From positions 1 to 55,978 of the forward strand of contig DASWKZ010000131.1 in NCBI GenBank assembly GCA_036396355.1: a DNA stretch of 55,978 bases, written 5' to 3'. This stretch comes from Alphaproteobacteria bacterium. GTDB lineage: Bacteria; Pseudomonadota; Alphaproteobacteria; SMXQ01. A program made the position numbers and the translations under genes. Position 1 is the stretch's first letter; each line of letters opens with the position of its first letter. Below are positions 1 through 8,078 of the stretch, one piece after another. The notes under the pieces were generated by a model. The model was not told the origin of the DNA. It saw nothing but the letters and a program-made list of their open reading frames with translations, and searched no databases.

Positions 1-1604
1 GCGCGGGCCAGCACCTGGGCGCGCAGGCGGGCGAGGAACGCCTCGGCGGGACCTTTCGGCGTCCCCTCGGCGACGCGCGCGAGCCAGCCGGCGCCGGGGA
101 GCGCCATGGCCGCGCGCACCGTCTCGTCCAGCGCCGTCTCGGCCTCGGCGTCGAGATGGGCGATGTCGCCGATGCGGCGCGCGAGCCCCCTCGCGCGCGA
201 GCGCCCGCGGTCCTCGGCGCCGGCGATCCAGCGGCGGAGCTCCGCCGTCTCCATCCCCGTGAGGTGCGCCGAGAACGCGGAATCGGCGGCGGCGAACAGG
301 TGATGGCCCTCGTCGAACACGTAGCGCGCCGGCACGGTGGCGTCGTCGAGCCCCGAGAGCGCCGCCTGGGCCAGCACCAGGGCATGGTTGGCGACCACGA
401 TCTCGGCGCGGCGGGCACGCCGCACGGTGCGTTCGATGAAGCACTTGTGGTAGTGGGGACAGGCGGCGTAGACGCACTCCCCGCGCCGGTCGGCGAGGCC
501 CACGGTGCGGGCCGGGCCCAGGAGATCGATGAGCCAGGCCGGGAAATCGCCGCCCACCATGTCGCCGTCCCGCGTCGCGGCCGCCCACCGCGCCATCAGG
601 CCGAGGGCCGCGGCCTCGCGCGGGTTGAGGGCGGCCCGGGTCACCGCCTCCTCGAGATTGAGCAGGCACAGGTAGTTCTCGCGCCCCTTGCGCACCACCG
701 CCTTGGCCGCCTTGGCGGCCGGGTCCGGATAGAGGCGGGAGAGCTCCTGGTCGATCTGGCGCTGGAGGTTGCGCGTGAAGGTCGAGATCCAGACCGCGCC
801 CTTGTTCTTCTCGGCCCACAGGCTGGCGGGCGCGATATAGCCCAAGGTCTTGCCGGTGCCGGTGCCGGCCTCGGCCAGCACCATCCGCGGCATGCCGGCC
901 TCCTCCCGCGGGGTGAAGGCGTGGGCGACGGCGTCGGCGTAATCGGCCTGCTGGGGCCGGGCCTCGCCGCCGGCGCCGATGAGACGGGCGAGGCGCGCCC
1001 GGGCCTCGGCGGCGCTCACCGGCGCGTGGCCGGGGGGCGGCTCCGGGGCCTGCTCGGCCCATTCGGGGAGGTCGCGCCACGCCGCCAGCGGCGCGATGCC
1101 GCCTTCCACGGCGTCCGATTCGAGCCCGAGGGCCGCCAGCAGATGCGGCCCCCACGGCCAGCCCCCCGCCGCCATCAGGCGGGCGAGGTCGCCGAGGCCC
1201 GGGTCGAGCACGGCCTCGTCGGCGGCCTCGGCCAGCAGTGCGCGGGCGGCCTCGATCAGGGCCGCCGCCTCGCCCGCGTGCCCGGGCCCGGCCTCGATGG
1301 CCAGCGCGGCGGCGATGCCGCGGGGCGTCGGCAGGCAGAACCGTGCCGGGCACACGAAGGCGAACAGCTCGAGGACGTCGAGGGCGCGGACAGGGCCCAT
1401 GCCGAGCCTGCGCGCGGTGGCAGGTGCGTGGCAGAGGACGAATTCGGTGGATTTGGCCCGGGCCGCGGCCTCCCGGCGCGACAGCGCGGCGACGGCGCCG
1501 TCGGTCTCCAGCACCGTGGCCCCCGCCGGCCCGGCGACCAGCGCCGGGGCGCGGAACGCGGGCGCCTCGGGCGCCGGGCGCGGCAGGGCGGGATCGCTGG
1601 GCAT
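1..1604 (-). CDS. DinG/Rad3-family ATP-dependent DNA helicase, N-terminal ~534 codons (3' end lies beyond the window start)
   Basis: Not in the ORF track because there is no stop in the window. My hand translation of the minus strand from ATG 1604..1602 stays open to position 1 (MPSDPALPRPAPEAP...). Walker A is VLAEAGTGTGKTLGYI (about 835-880). A Cys cluster typical of Fe-S helicases, ECVYAACPHYHKCF, lies at about 441-486. The DEAH-type box is YVFDEGHHLF (about 296-330). All are in the same frame as the ATG. About 240 residues precede the Walker A. Confidence 0.75.
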   Translation of the reverse strand, partial: MPSDPALPRPAPEAPAFRAPALVAGPAGATVLETDGAVAALSRREAAARAKSTEFVLCHAPATARRLGMGPVRALDVLELFAFVCPARFCLPTPRGIAAALAIEAGPGHAGEAAALIEAARALLAEAADEAVLDPGLGDLARLMAAGGWPWGPHLLAALGLESDAVEGGIAPLAAWRDLPEWAEQAPEPPPGHAPVSAAEARARLARLIGAGGEARPQQADYADAVAHAFTPREEAGMPRMVLAEAGTGTGKTLGYIAPASLWAEKNKGAVWISTFTRNLQRQIDQELSRLYPDPAAKAAKAVVRKGRENYLCLLNLEEAVTRAALNPREAAALGLMARWAAATRDGDMVGGDFPAWLIDLLGPARTVGLADRRGECVYAACPHYHKCFIERTVRRARRAEIVVANHALVLAQAALSGLDDATVPARYVFDEGHHLFAAADSAFSAHLTGMETAELRRWIAGAEDRGRSRARGLARRIGDIAHLDAEAETALDETVRAAMALPGAGWLARVAEGTPKGPAEAFLARLRAQVLAR

Positions 1605-1692
1605 GGGCCCGAGTATAGGGGCGCCGGCGCGGGCGCGGTAGGCGCCGGGCGGAGGCGGGAAGGGAAAGATTCCGCCGGTTCCGGCGCCGGGC

Positions 1693-1902
1693 TCAGTCGT
1701 CCTTTTGGCCGTTCTCGCCGCGCAGGCGCATCACGCCTTCCCAGGCGAGCAGCCCGAGCCCGGCGCCGACGCCGCCCTTGAGGCCGGCCAGCAGGAAGTT
1801 GGGCAGGCCCAACGAGCCCGGCGGCAGCAGGTCGCGGCCGACGATGAGCGCCAGCAGAAAACCCGCGCCCGCGAAGACCCATTGGCCGGTGGTCATCTTC
1901 AT
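1693..1902 (-). CDS. small hydrophobic (2-TM-like) membrane protein, unknown function
   Basis: Lies within ORF 1693..1959. Internal ATGs at 1902 and 1896 precede Gly/Ala/Leu-rich hydrophobic segments (WVFAGAGFLLALIVG, GGVGAGLGLLAW). GC3-rich codons. The start is uncertain. Confidence 0.5.
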   Translation of the reverse strand: MKMTTGQWVFAGAGFLLALIVGRDLLPPGSLGLPNFLLAGLKGGVGAGLGLLAWEGVMRLRGENGQKDD

Positions 1903-2103
1903 TTGGTCTCGATCGCCCCCATCGTTGTAGCGCGCGAGTGTAGCACGCACGGAGCGCACGGACCGGTCAAGGCCTCAAAGTGTGGGGCTGGATATAATAA
2001 TTCGACTAGGTGTGCTCTTGCCGCATTCCTTCTAGCTCATTAGGAATGCATGTTCTTGAACGCACTACGGCGGCCGACAAAGAGTAGCCCGGGACCAACG
2101 GGT

Positions 2104-2811
2104 TTACCGCCCGGTATCACCGACTCGTTTGCCCTTAAAACCAGCAATGACCCGAGGAATCAATCCTTCTGCCCAATTGCGAGCGTCTTGCCAATGAATG
2201 GGTGCGCCATCCTTGGAGCCGATAAACATGTAATCGATCGCGAGCAGAGTGCCCTTGTCAGACTTGAAAAATGCCACATGAGTCGCACCGGCGCCCGAGG
2301 GTGGTATCCACCCCAATTTTTCGAATTTGTCGGTGACCCGTGACCATGTTCCACTCGGTGGTTCCTCGTGAAACTTTATATACCTGACACCCCAGCAAAA
2401 AGTATCGTTTGGAATTGCGCTCACCTGTTTGTGCCAATTCCAATTCGGTTGTTTGGAATAGCAGAAATCCACCGGTACCAAGCCCCAATTCGGTAGAATG
2501 GAATTGTTAGTGTCGACCACGACGATTGCTGTGACCCGATCGGAGACAGCCCTCGCTAGAAAGATGATTTTCCTGTCCCAGGTTTCCGCGTATGGTCCAG
2601 CAGTCAATGTCTCCCTCTTCATTTCATCGAAAATGTGATGCCAAGCACCATCCGGCAAAGGCACCACCCTTCGCCCGTCTTCTGTTTCAAACGAAAAATC
2701 GTTCGTGTAACCCTTGGCCGAGCCGTTTGGCTGAACATCGGTCTGCGCCGATAATTCAAAGGCAGGGGCAAAAAGGAAGAAACCCAGGGCAATGGCTGAT
2801 TTCCAAAACAT
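2104..2811 (-). CDS. secreted protein of unknown function (orphan, low-GC islet)
   Basis: Lies within ORF 2104..2868. The internal ATG at 2811 is preceded by GGGGGGAG (SD). The product starts with a signal-peptide-like MFWKSAIALGFFLFAPAFELSAQ. The mature part is Trp/Asn-rich with paired Cys (DFCYSK, DTFCWG). I recognise no family. Codon usage is visibly AT-richer than the neighbours. Confidence 0.6.
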   Translation of the reverse strand: MFWKSAIALGFFLFAPAFELSAQTDVQPNGSAKGYTNDFSFETEDGRRVVPLPDGAWHHIFDEMKRETLTAGPYAETWDRKIIFLARAVSDRVTAIVVVDTNNSILPNWGLVPVDFCYSKQPNWNWHKQVSAIPNDTFCWGVRYIKFHEEPPSGTWSRVTDKFEKLGWIPPSGAGATHVAFFKSDKGTLLAIDYMFIGSKDGAPIHWQDARNWAEGLIPRVIAGFKGKRVGDTGR

Positions 2812-2909
2812 GGTCGCTCCCCCCCGTGAACGTTGTTGAATAAACCCTTTGGTGCCCAATCTATCCAACGGGGCGTGTCGTCTCCGCCTTGGCCAAAGGG
2901 GAGCATCCG

Positions 2910-3125
2910 TTATTTCGTCGGATTCCGCCCTTCGTGTTTGGCGCGGATCGCCTTGGCGCGGGCCTCCATTTCCTCCGACTCCGGGTAGTTGCCTTGCTGG
3001 TGCGCCTCGACTCCAGCGGTCGTATAGGATTCCCAGAGGCTACCCTGGGCATGCGCGTGCGCCGGCCAGAGCGCTAGACACCCTAGTATCAAGAGTATCA
3101 AGGCAACAGCAATTCTTCTGAGCAT
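2910..3125 (-). CDS. small secreted protein or lipoprotein (71 aa), unknown function
   Basis: Lies within ORF 2910..3179. The internal ATG at 3125 is preceded by GGAGGGG (SD). Signal peptide MLRRIAVALILLILGCLALWPAHAHA, with either a lipobox-like LILGC or AHA cleavage. The mature part is short and charged, with a TPR-like fragment (HQQGNYPESEEMEARA). It lies immediately upstream of, and co-oriented with, 2104..2811. Confidence 0.5.
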   Translation of the reverse strand: MLRRIAVALILLILGCLALWPAHAHAQGSLWESYTTAGVEAHQQGNYPESEEMEARAKAIRAKHEGRNPTK

Positions 3126-3411
3126 GGCTGTCCCCTCCGTTCCGACAACCACACCGGTATTAGACCTGCAAAGCACCATTATTCACGGGGAAATCCGACC
3201 GCGTTGGATTACGAGCGGCTGTATTGATGACGCGAGCGGAGATCCACCGTCGGGCCGGAGACAGAGGTAGGCCGCCGAAAAAGGCGGAACTATGGGCACC
3301 CTTTGGCAGCGCGTCGAACCGGGACACCGTCTCCGGGCCCCCGCCATTGACGCCGCGCGCGGGCTTCCTTACCGTCCGCCGACACGGCATCCGAGCCACG
3401 GGAGACAGTGA

Positions 3412-5019
3412 TTGAGCGCGGATTTGCGCGCCCTTGCCATGGAGTCGAACGCCTGGCCCTTCGTCGAGGCCCGCCGGGTGCTCGCGCGCGTCGGCGGCAC
3501 GGTGCCGGCCAAGGGTCCCGTGGTATTCGAGACCGGCTACGGCCCCTCGGGCCTGCCGCACATCGGCACCTTCGCCGAGGTCGCCCGCACCACCATGGTG
3601 CGCAAGGCCTTCGAGGTGATCTCGGACATCCCCACGCGCCTCATCGCGTTCTCCGACGACATGGACGGGCTGCGTCGGGTGCCCGAGAACATCCCCAACC
3701 AGGAGATGGTGGCGAAGTTCCTGGAATTGCCGCTCACCGCCATCCCCGACCCGTTCGGGGAGCATGACAGCTTCGGCGCCCACAACAACGCGCGGCTGCG
3801 CGCGTTCCTCGATGCCTTCAAATTCGACTACGAGTTCGTCTCGGCCACCGAGTGCTACAAGTCGGGCGCCTTCGACGACGTCAAGATGAAGGTGCTCGAG
3901 CACTACGACGAGATCCTGGAGGTCGTCCTGCCGACGCTGGGGCCCGAGCGGCGCGAGACCTATTCGCCGTTCCTGCCGCTCTGCCCGTGGACCGGGCGGG
4001 TGTTGCAGGTGCCGGTGATCGCGCGCGATCCGGAGAAGGGCACCTTCACCTACCGCGATGCCGATACCCAGACCTACGAGGTCAAGGTGCGCGGCGCCGA
4101 CTGCAAGCTGCAGTGGAAGGTGGACTGGGCCGCGCGCTGGGCGGCGTTCGGCGTGGACTACGAGATGTCGGGCAAGGACCTGATCGATTCGGTCAGGCTG
4201 TCCTCACGCATCTGCCGCATCCTCGGCGGCACGCCGCCCGAAGGCATGACCTACGAGCTGTTCCTCGACGAGAAGGGCGAGAAGATCTCCAAGTCCAGGG
4301 GCAACGGCCTCGCCGTCGAGGAGTGGCTGGCCTACGCCCCGGCCGCCAGCCTCTCCTATTACATGTGCCAGTCGCCCAGGAAGGCGCGGCGCCTCTATTT
4401 CGACGTGATCCCGCGCTCGGTGGACGAGTACCTCGCCCATCTCGCCAGCTACGAGACCGAGGACGCGGCGAAGCGCCTCGGCAACCCGGTGTTCCACGTC
4501 CATGCCCACGAGGGCGGCCCGCCCCGGGCGGAGACGGGGTTGTCCTACAACGTGCTGCTCAACCTGGCGTCGGTCTGCAACACCGAGGACAGGTCCGTGC
4601 TGTGGGGGTTCATCTCGCGCTACGCCCCGGGGGCCTCGCCCGCGACGGCGCCGATCCTGGACGGGCTGGTCGGCCACGCCATCCGCTACTACCGAGACTT
4701 CGTCAAGCCGTCCAAGACCTACCGCAAGGCGACCGAGGCCGAGAAGGCGGCGCTGGCCGATCTGGCCGAGGTCTTGCGCGCCCTGCCCGCCGACGCCGAG
4801 GCCGAGGCCATCCAGACCCAGGTCTACGAGGTCGGCAAGCGCCACCCGTTCCCCGACCTCAAGGCGTGGTTCCGGGCGCTCTACGAGATTCTGCTGGGCC
4901 AGTCCCAGGGCCCGCGCATGGGCTCGTTCATCGCGCTCTACGGGATCAGGGAGAGCGTGGCGCTGATCGAGCGCGCGCTCGCCGGCGAGGACCTCGCCGC
5001 CCAGGCCCCGACGGCCTGA
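3412..5019 (+). CDS. lysK: lysine--tRNA ligase, class I
   Basis: 535-aa ORF. Class I signatures are GYGPSGLPHIGTFAEV (HIGH-type) and GEKISKSRGNG (KMSKS-type). The N-terminal AWPFVEARR is typical of bacterial class I LysRS. TTG 3412 has GGAGA about 7 nt upstream. ATG 3439 is an alternative start. Confidence 0.9.
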   Translation: MSADLRALAMESNAWPFVEARRVLARVGGTVPAKGPVVFETGYGPSGLPHIGTFAEVARTTMVRKAFEVISDIPTRLIAFSDDMDGLRRVPENIPNQEMVAKFLELPLTAIPDPFGEHDSFGAHNNARLRAFLDAFKFDYEFVSATECYKSGAFDDVKMKVLEHYDEILEVVLPTLGPERRETYSPFLPLCPWTGRVLQVPVIARDPEKGTFTYRDADTQTYEVKVRGADCKLQWKVDWAARWAAFGVDYEMSGKDLIDSVRLSSRICRILGGTPPEGMTYELFLDEKGEKISKSRGNGLAVEEWLAYAPAASLSYYMCQSPRKARRLYFDVIPRSVDEYLAHLASYETEDAAKRLGNPVFHVHAHEGGPPRAETGLSYNVLLNLASVCNTEDRSVLWGFISRYAPGASPATAPILDGLVGHAIRYYRDFVKPSKTYRKATEAEKAALADLAEVLRALPADAEAEAIQTQVYEVGKRHPFPDLKAWFRALYEILLGQSQGPRMGSFIALYGIRESVALIERALAGEDLAAQAPTA

Positions 5020-5086
5020 AGGGGGCATTCCCGCCGCCCTTCGGATGATCGGCGGTTCTCCGGATTCCGACCGCCAGCCCCACGTC

Positions 5087-5260
5087 ACGCCCCGGCTTGG
5101 CCGGGGCGTCCAGCGGTATCACCGTGCTTCGATGGTGAGGGTCCGGCGCCATATCCTCACCAACAGACGCCATGGGATGCTCTTCACCGCTAACTCGGGC
5201 TAGCGGGACCTCTACGAAAGCCTGGCATGGGCTGGATGCCCCGCATGAAGCGGGGCATGA
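5087..5260. repeat. cluster of four GC-rich stem-loops in the convergent lysK/ilvE spacer (REP/BIME-like or structured RNA)
   Basis: Four stem-loops: ACGCCCCGGC-TTG-GCCGGGGCGT (5087-5109); GGTGAGG-N13-CCTCACC (5134-5160); CCGCTA-N8-TAGCGG (about 5188-5207); ATGCCCCGC-ATGAA-GCGGGGCAT (5236-5258). Confidence 0.55.
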
Positions 5261-5354
5261 CGAGAGGTGTGAACGAGTTCGAACCGGAGAGTTGTGGAAT
5301 GAACCAGGCGCGGCGAACCCGAGCAGCGATGCCACCTGGAGGGAACCGTTCCGA

Positions 5355-6242
5355 TCACGGGCGGCCGGTGGTCAGCGCCCAGTCGAAGTAGAGTTTGCGC
5401 GCGGCCTGGAAGACGGGGCCAGGCTGCAGGGCACGGCCCTCGAAGCCGGTCAGCGGCGAGACCTTGGCATAGTTGCCGGTGGCGAAGATCTCGTCGGCCT
5501 CGGCGAGCTCCCCGGGCCGGATGCTGCGTTCCTCCACGGGGATGCCGGCGTTGCCGAGGAGTCCGATCACGCGCCGCCGCGTGATGCCCTCCAGAAACGT
5601 GCCGTTGGGCACCGGCGTCGCCGCCACCCCGTCCCGGACCAGGAAGATGTTGGCGGTGGCGAATTCGGCGACGTTGCCGTTCGCATCGAGCATCACGGCG
5701 TTGCCGAAGCCGTGCGCGCGGGCCTCGCGCAGCGCCCGGGCCGATTGCGGATAGAGGCACGAGGCCTTGGCCAGCGTCGGCGCGCTCTCGGGGCCGGGCC
5801 GGCGCAGGGGCGAGAGGTGGGCGGTGAAACCCTTGGGCTCGGGGAGCGGCGCTTCGAACAGGGTGAGCACGAACCGGGTGGACTCGGGCCTCGGGCTCAC
5901 GAACCCTTCCTCGGCGTAGAACAGGGGCCGGATGTAGAGCTCGGCGCCCTCGGCGAAGCGATCGATGCCCTCCCACGCCCGGGCCACGATCTCCGCCGCC
6001 GTCACCGGCGGCTCCAGCGCGAGCACCCGGGCCGAGCGCACGCAGCGCTCGGCGTGAAGGTCGAGATCGGGCGCGACGCCGGCGAAGGCGCGGGCGCCGT
6101 CGAAGGCGACCGAGGCCATCCACGCCGCGTTGGTCATGGGCCCCATGATGGGCGGGTTGCCCTCGACCCAGCGGCCCTCGATCAGGTGCAGGCCGTGCCG
6201 GTCGTCGCGGCGCGGGCGCGCCGCCTCCGTGTCCTTGGACAT
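5355..6242 (-). CDS. ilvE: branched-chain-amino-acid (fold-type IV) aminotransferase
   Basis: 295-aa ORF with fold-type IV aminotransferase patterns: VAFDGARAF, ELYIRPLFY, ANIFLVRDGVAATP, FLEGITRR, EIFATGNYAKV. Confidence 0.8.
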   Translation of the reverse strand: MSKDTEAARPRRDDRHGLHLIEGRWVEGNPPIMGPMTNAAWMASVAFDGARAFAGVAPDLDLHAERCVRSARVLALEPPVTAAEIVARAWEGIDRFAEGAELYIRPLFYAEEGFVSPRPESTRFVLTLFEAPLPEPKGFTAHLSPLRRPGPESAPTLAKASCLYPQSARALREARAHGFGNAVMLDANGNVAEFATANIFLVRDGVAATPVPNGTFLEGITRRRVIGLLGNAGIPVEERSIRPGELAEADEIFATGNYAKVSPLTGFEGRALQPGPVFQAARKLYFDWALTTGRP

Positions 6243-6299
6243 GGCCGGATTGTCGCCGATGGGGCCGCGGCGCCCAAGGGCGAACTCAGGCGCCGCCGG

Positions 6300-6545
6300 T
6301 CATTCGGCGGCGCCGATCATGGCGGTGTATGTCCTGCGGGCCTGGTCGGGGGAAACGCCGCCCGCGAGGACCCCCGCCGCCACCATGGCGGCGTTGGGTT
6401 CTTGGGGGACGATGGCGAAACAGGACCGGGTAATGGCCGAGATGACGAGAAGCGCGTCGGTGAGGGCCTCACTGGGGCCGCTGCGGTTCTCGAGGTCCTC
6501 GGCGATGCGCGCGATCAGCCGATCGCGGGGACTGGGACCCTTCAT
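6300..6545 (-). CDS. hypothetical protein (81 aa)
   Basis: Lies within ORF 6300..6605. The internal ATG at 6545 gives MKGPSPRDRLIARIAEDLENR.... GC3-rich and co-oriented upstream of ilvE. No family recognised. Confidence 0.4.
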   Translation of the reverse strand: MKGPSPRDRLIARIAEDLENRSGPSEALTDALLVISAITRSCFAIVPQEPNAAMVAAGVLAGGVSPDQARRTYTAMIGAAE

Positions 6546-6786
6546 TGAACGTGATACTCCGGAATGGGATTGAGGTCTCCGCCTCACCGCCGGCGGAAGG
6601 ACCACGCCCGCATCGCCATTGGCACAAGGCGCGCCTTTTACGCGAGTGCGGCCCCGGATTCCACAAGATTCGTCACCGCCCGCGAAAAATCGGCGTGCCC
6701 TGTTCAGGGACCGGCCTTTGGGCTACGGTCGCGCCCATGCCGTCAAGCGGAAAGCCAGTGCTAGCTTTCGCAGTTACGCGACTCAT

Positions 6787-6905
6787 CCCCACCCGGCGCT
6801 GCGCGCCGACCTCCCCCATCGAGGGGGAGGTGATTCCGGCCACGGCAGCAATAGCTTGCCTCCCCCCTTGGGGGGGAGGCCGCGCGCGCCAGCGAGCGGG
6901 TGGGG
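6787..6905. repeat. nested palindromic GC-rich repeat element upstream of pyrD
   Basis: Two inner hairpins: CCTCCCCC-ATCGA-GGGGGAGG (6810-6830) and CCTCCCCCC-TT(G)-GGGGGGAGG (6859-6879). They are flanked by outer arms CCCCACCCGGCGCTGCGCGCCGACC (6787-6811) and GGCCGCGCGCGCCAGCGAGCGGGTGGGG (6878-6905), which are imperfect reverse complements of each other. Confidence 0.6.
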
Positions 6906-6993
6906 GGTCTATCACGTCTATCCGAATCTCGATCCTGACCGTCCGGTGTTGCGCCCATGGCCGCCGCCCTGGCCTGGAGGGCGGCGCGCCGTG

Positions 6994-8058
6994 ATGGCCT
7001 GGCCGCTGATCCGGCCGGCCCTCCATCTGCTCCCGCCCGAGGCCGCCCACGATCTCACCCTCCGCGCCCTGGCGGCGGGGCTCGTGGGGCGCGCGCGCAT
7101 GGCGCCCGATCCGGCCCTCGCGGTCACCCTGTGGGGGCGGCGCTTCGCCAACCCGCTGGGGCTCGCCGCCGGCTTCGACAAGGACGCGCGGGTGATCGCG
7201 CCGGTGCTTGGCCTGGGATTCGGCTTCACCGAGGTGGGCACGGTGACGCCGAGGCCCCAGCCCGGCAACCCCAAGCCCAGGCTGTTCCGCCTCGCGGAGG
7301 ACCGCGCGGTCATCAACCGCCTCGGCTTCAACAGCGGCGGCATGGCGCTGGCGGCGGCGCGCATCCAGGCGTTCCGGGCGACCGGGCAGGGCGGCATCCT
7401 CGGCATCAACATCGGCCGCAACAAGGACTCCGCCGATGCCGCCGCCGACTACGCGGCCTGCGCGCGGACCCTGGGCCCGCTCGCCGACTATCTCGTGGTC
7501 AACGTCTCCTCGCCCAACACGCCGGGGCTCCGGGACCTGCAGGCGGCGCGCGGGCTCGAGGCGGTCCTCGCCGCGGTGCGCGCGGCCCTGGCGGAGGCCG
7601 CGCCGCCCGGCGCGGCGCCGCCGGTGCTGGTCAAGATCGCCCCCGACCTCGCCGAGGAGGCGTTGGCCGACATCGCGGCGCTGGCCCGCGCCGGCGCCAT
7701 GGACGGCCTCGTCGTCGCCAACACCACGGTGGCGCGGCCGGCGGGGCTGAGGAGCCGCCGCCGCGACGAGCCGGGCGGGCTGTCGGGACGGCCGCTGTTC
7801 GCGCCCTCGACCCGGGTGCTGGCCGGCGCCTACCGTGAAACCGGGGGCCGCGTGCCCATCATCGGCGTCGGCGGCATCGCCGGGCCGGAGGACGCCTATG
7901 CCAAGATGCGCGCCGGCGCCTCGCTGGTGTCGCTCTACACGGCGCTGGTGTTCGAGGGTCCCGGCCTGCCGGCACGCATCCTGGCCGGCCTTCCGGGGCT
8001 TCTCCGCCGCGACGGGTTCGCCGCGCCGGCCGACGCCGTCGGCGCCGATCACCGCTGA
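6994..8058 (+). CDS. pyrD: dihydroorotate dehydrogenase (quinone), class 2
   Basis: The in-frame ATG at 6994 of ORF 6619..8058 gives MAWPLIRPALHLLPPEAAHDLTL. Motifs: NPLGLAAGFDKD, GFTEVGTVTP, NRLGFNSGG, VNVSSPNTPGLR, GGLSGRPL, IGVGGI. The upstream 125 codons run through a palindromic repeat and are not credible coding sequence. Confidence 0.92.
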   Translation: MAWPLIRPALHLLPPEAAHDLTLRALAAGLVGRARMAPDPALAVTLWGRRFANPLGLAAGFDKDARVIAPVLGLGFGFTEVGTVTPRPQPGNPKPRLFRLAEDRAVINRLGFNSGGMALAAARIQAFRATGQGGILGINIGRNKDSADAAADYAACARTLGPLADYLVVNVSSPNTPGLRDLQAARGLEAVLAAVRAALAEAAPPGAAPPVLVKIAPDLAEEALADIAALARAGAMDGLVVANTTVARPAGLRSRRRDEPGGLSGRPLFAPSTRVLAGAYRETGGRVPIIGVGGIAGPEDAYAKMRAGASLVSLYTALVFEGPGLPARILAGLPGLLRRDGFAAPADAVGADHR

Positions 8059-8078
8059 GCCCCGGGGAGTGCGCGCAC

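Noticed and set aside
156-1781. 541-aa plus-strand ORF (and the nested 220-aa and 126-aa ORFs) covering the left end
   Set aside because: The Arg/Gly/Ala/Pro-rich composition is typical of an antisense shadow ORF in high-GC DNA. The opposite strand encodes a helicase with clear Walker A, Fe-S Cys cluster and DEGHH motifs in one continuous frame.
3126-3411. Possible structured leader (T-box or riboswitch-like) upstream of lysK. Long-range complementarity exists between CCGGAGAC (3255-3262) and GTCTCCGG (3329-3336), enclosing a GGCCGCC-GAAAAA-GGCGG hairpin.
   Set aside because: I recognise no conserved riboswitch core. The pairings are short and easily arise by chance in GC-rich DNA. T-box regulation is not expected in this lineage. 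Not reported as a feature.
6619-6993. N-terminal extensions implied by the longest-ORF coordinates: pyrD from 6619, corC from 21203, aroK from 23143, secA from 30176, cobT from 16381, cysD from 39447, lysC from 43005, ispG from 48871 and others
   Set aside because: In each case an internal start codon gives the canonical family N-terminus, often with an SD. The upstream extension is low-complexity sequence or crosses repeats or neighbouring genes.
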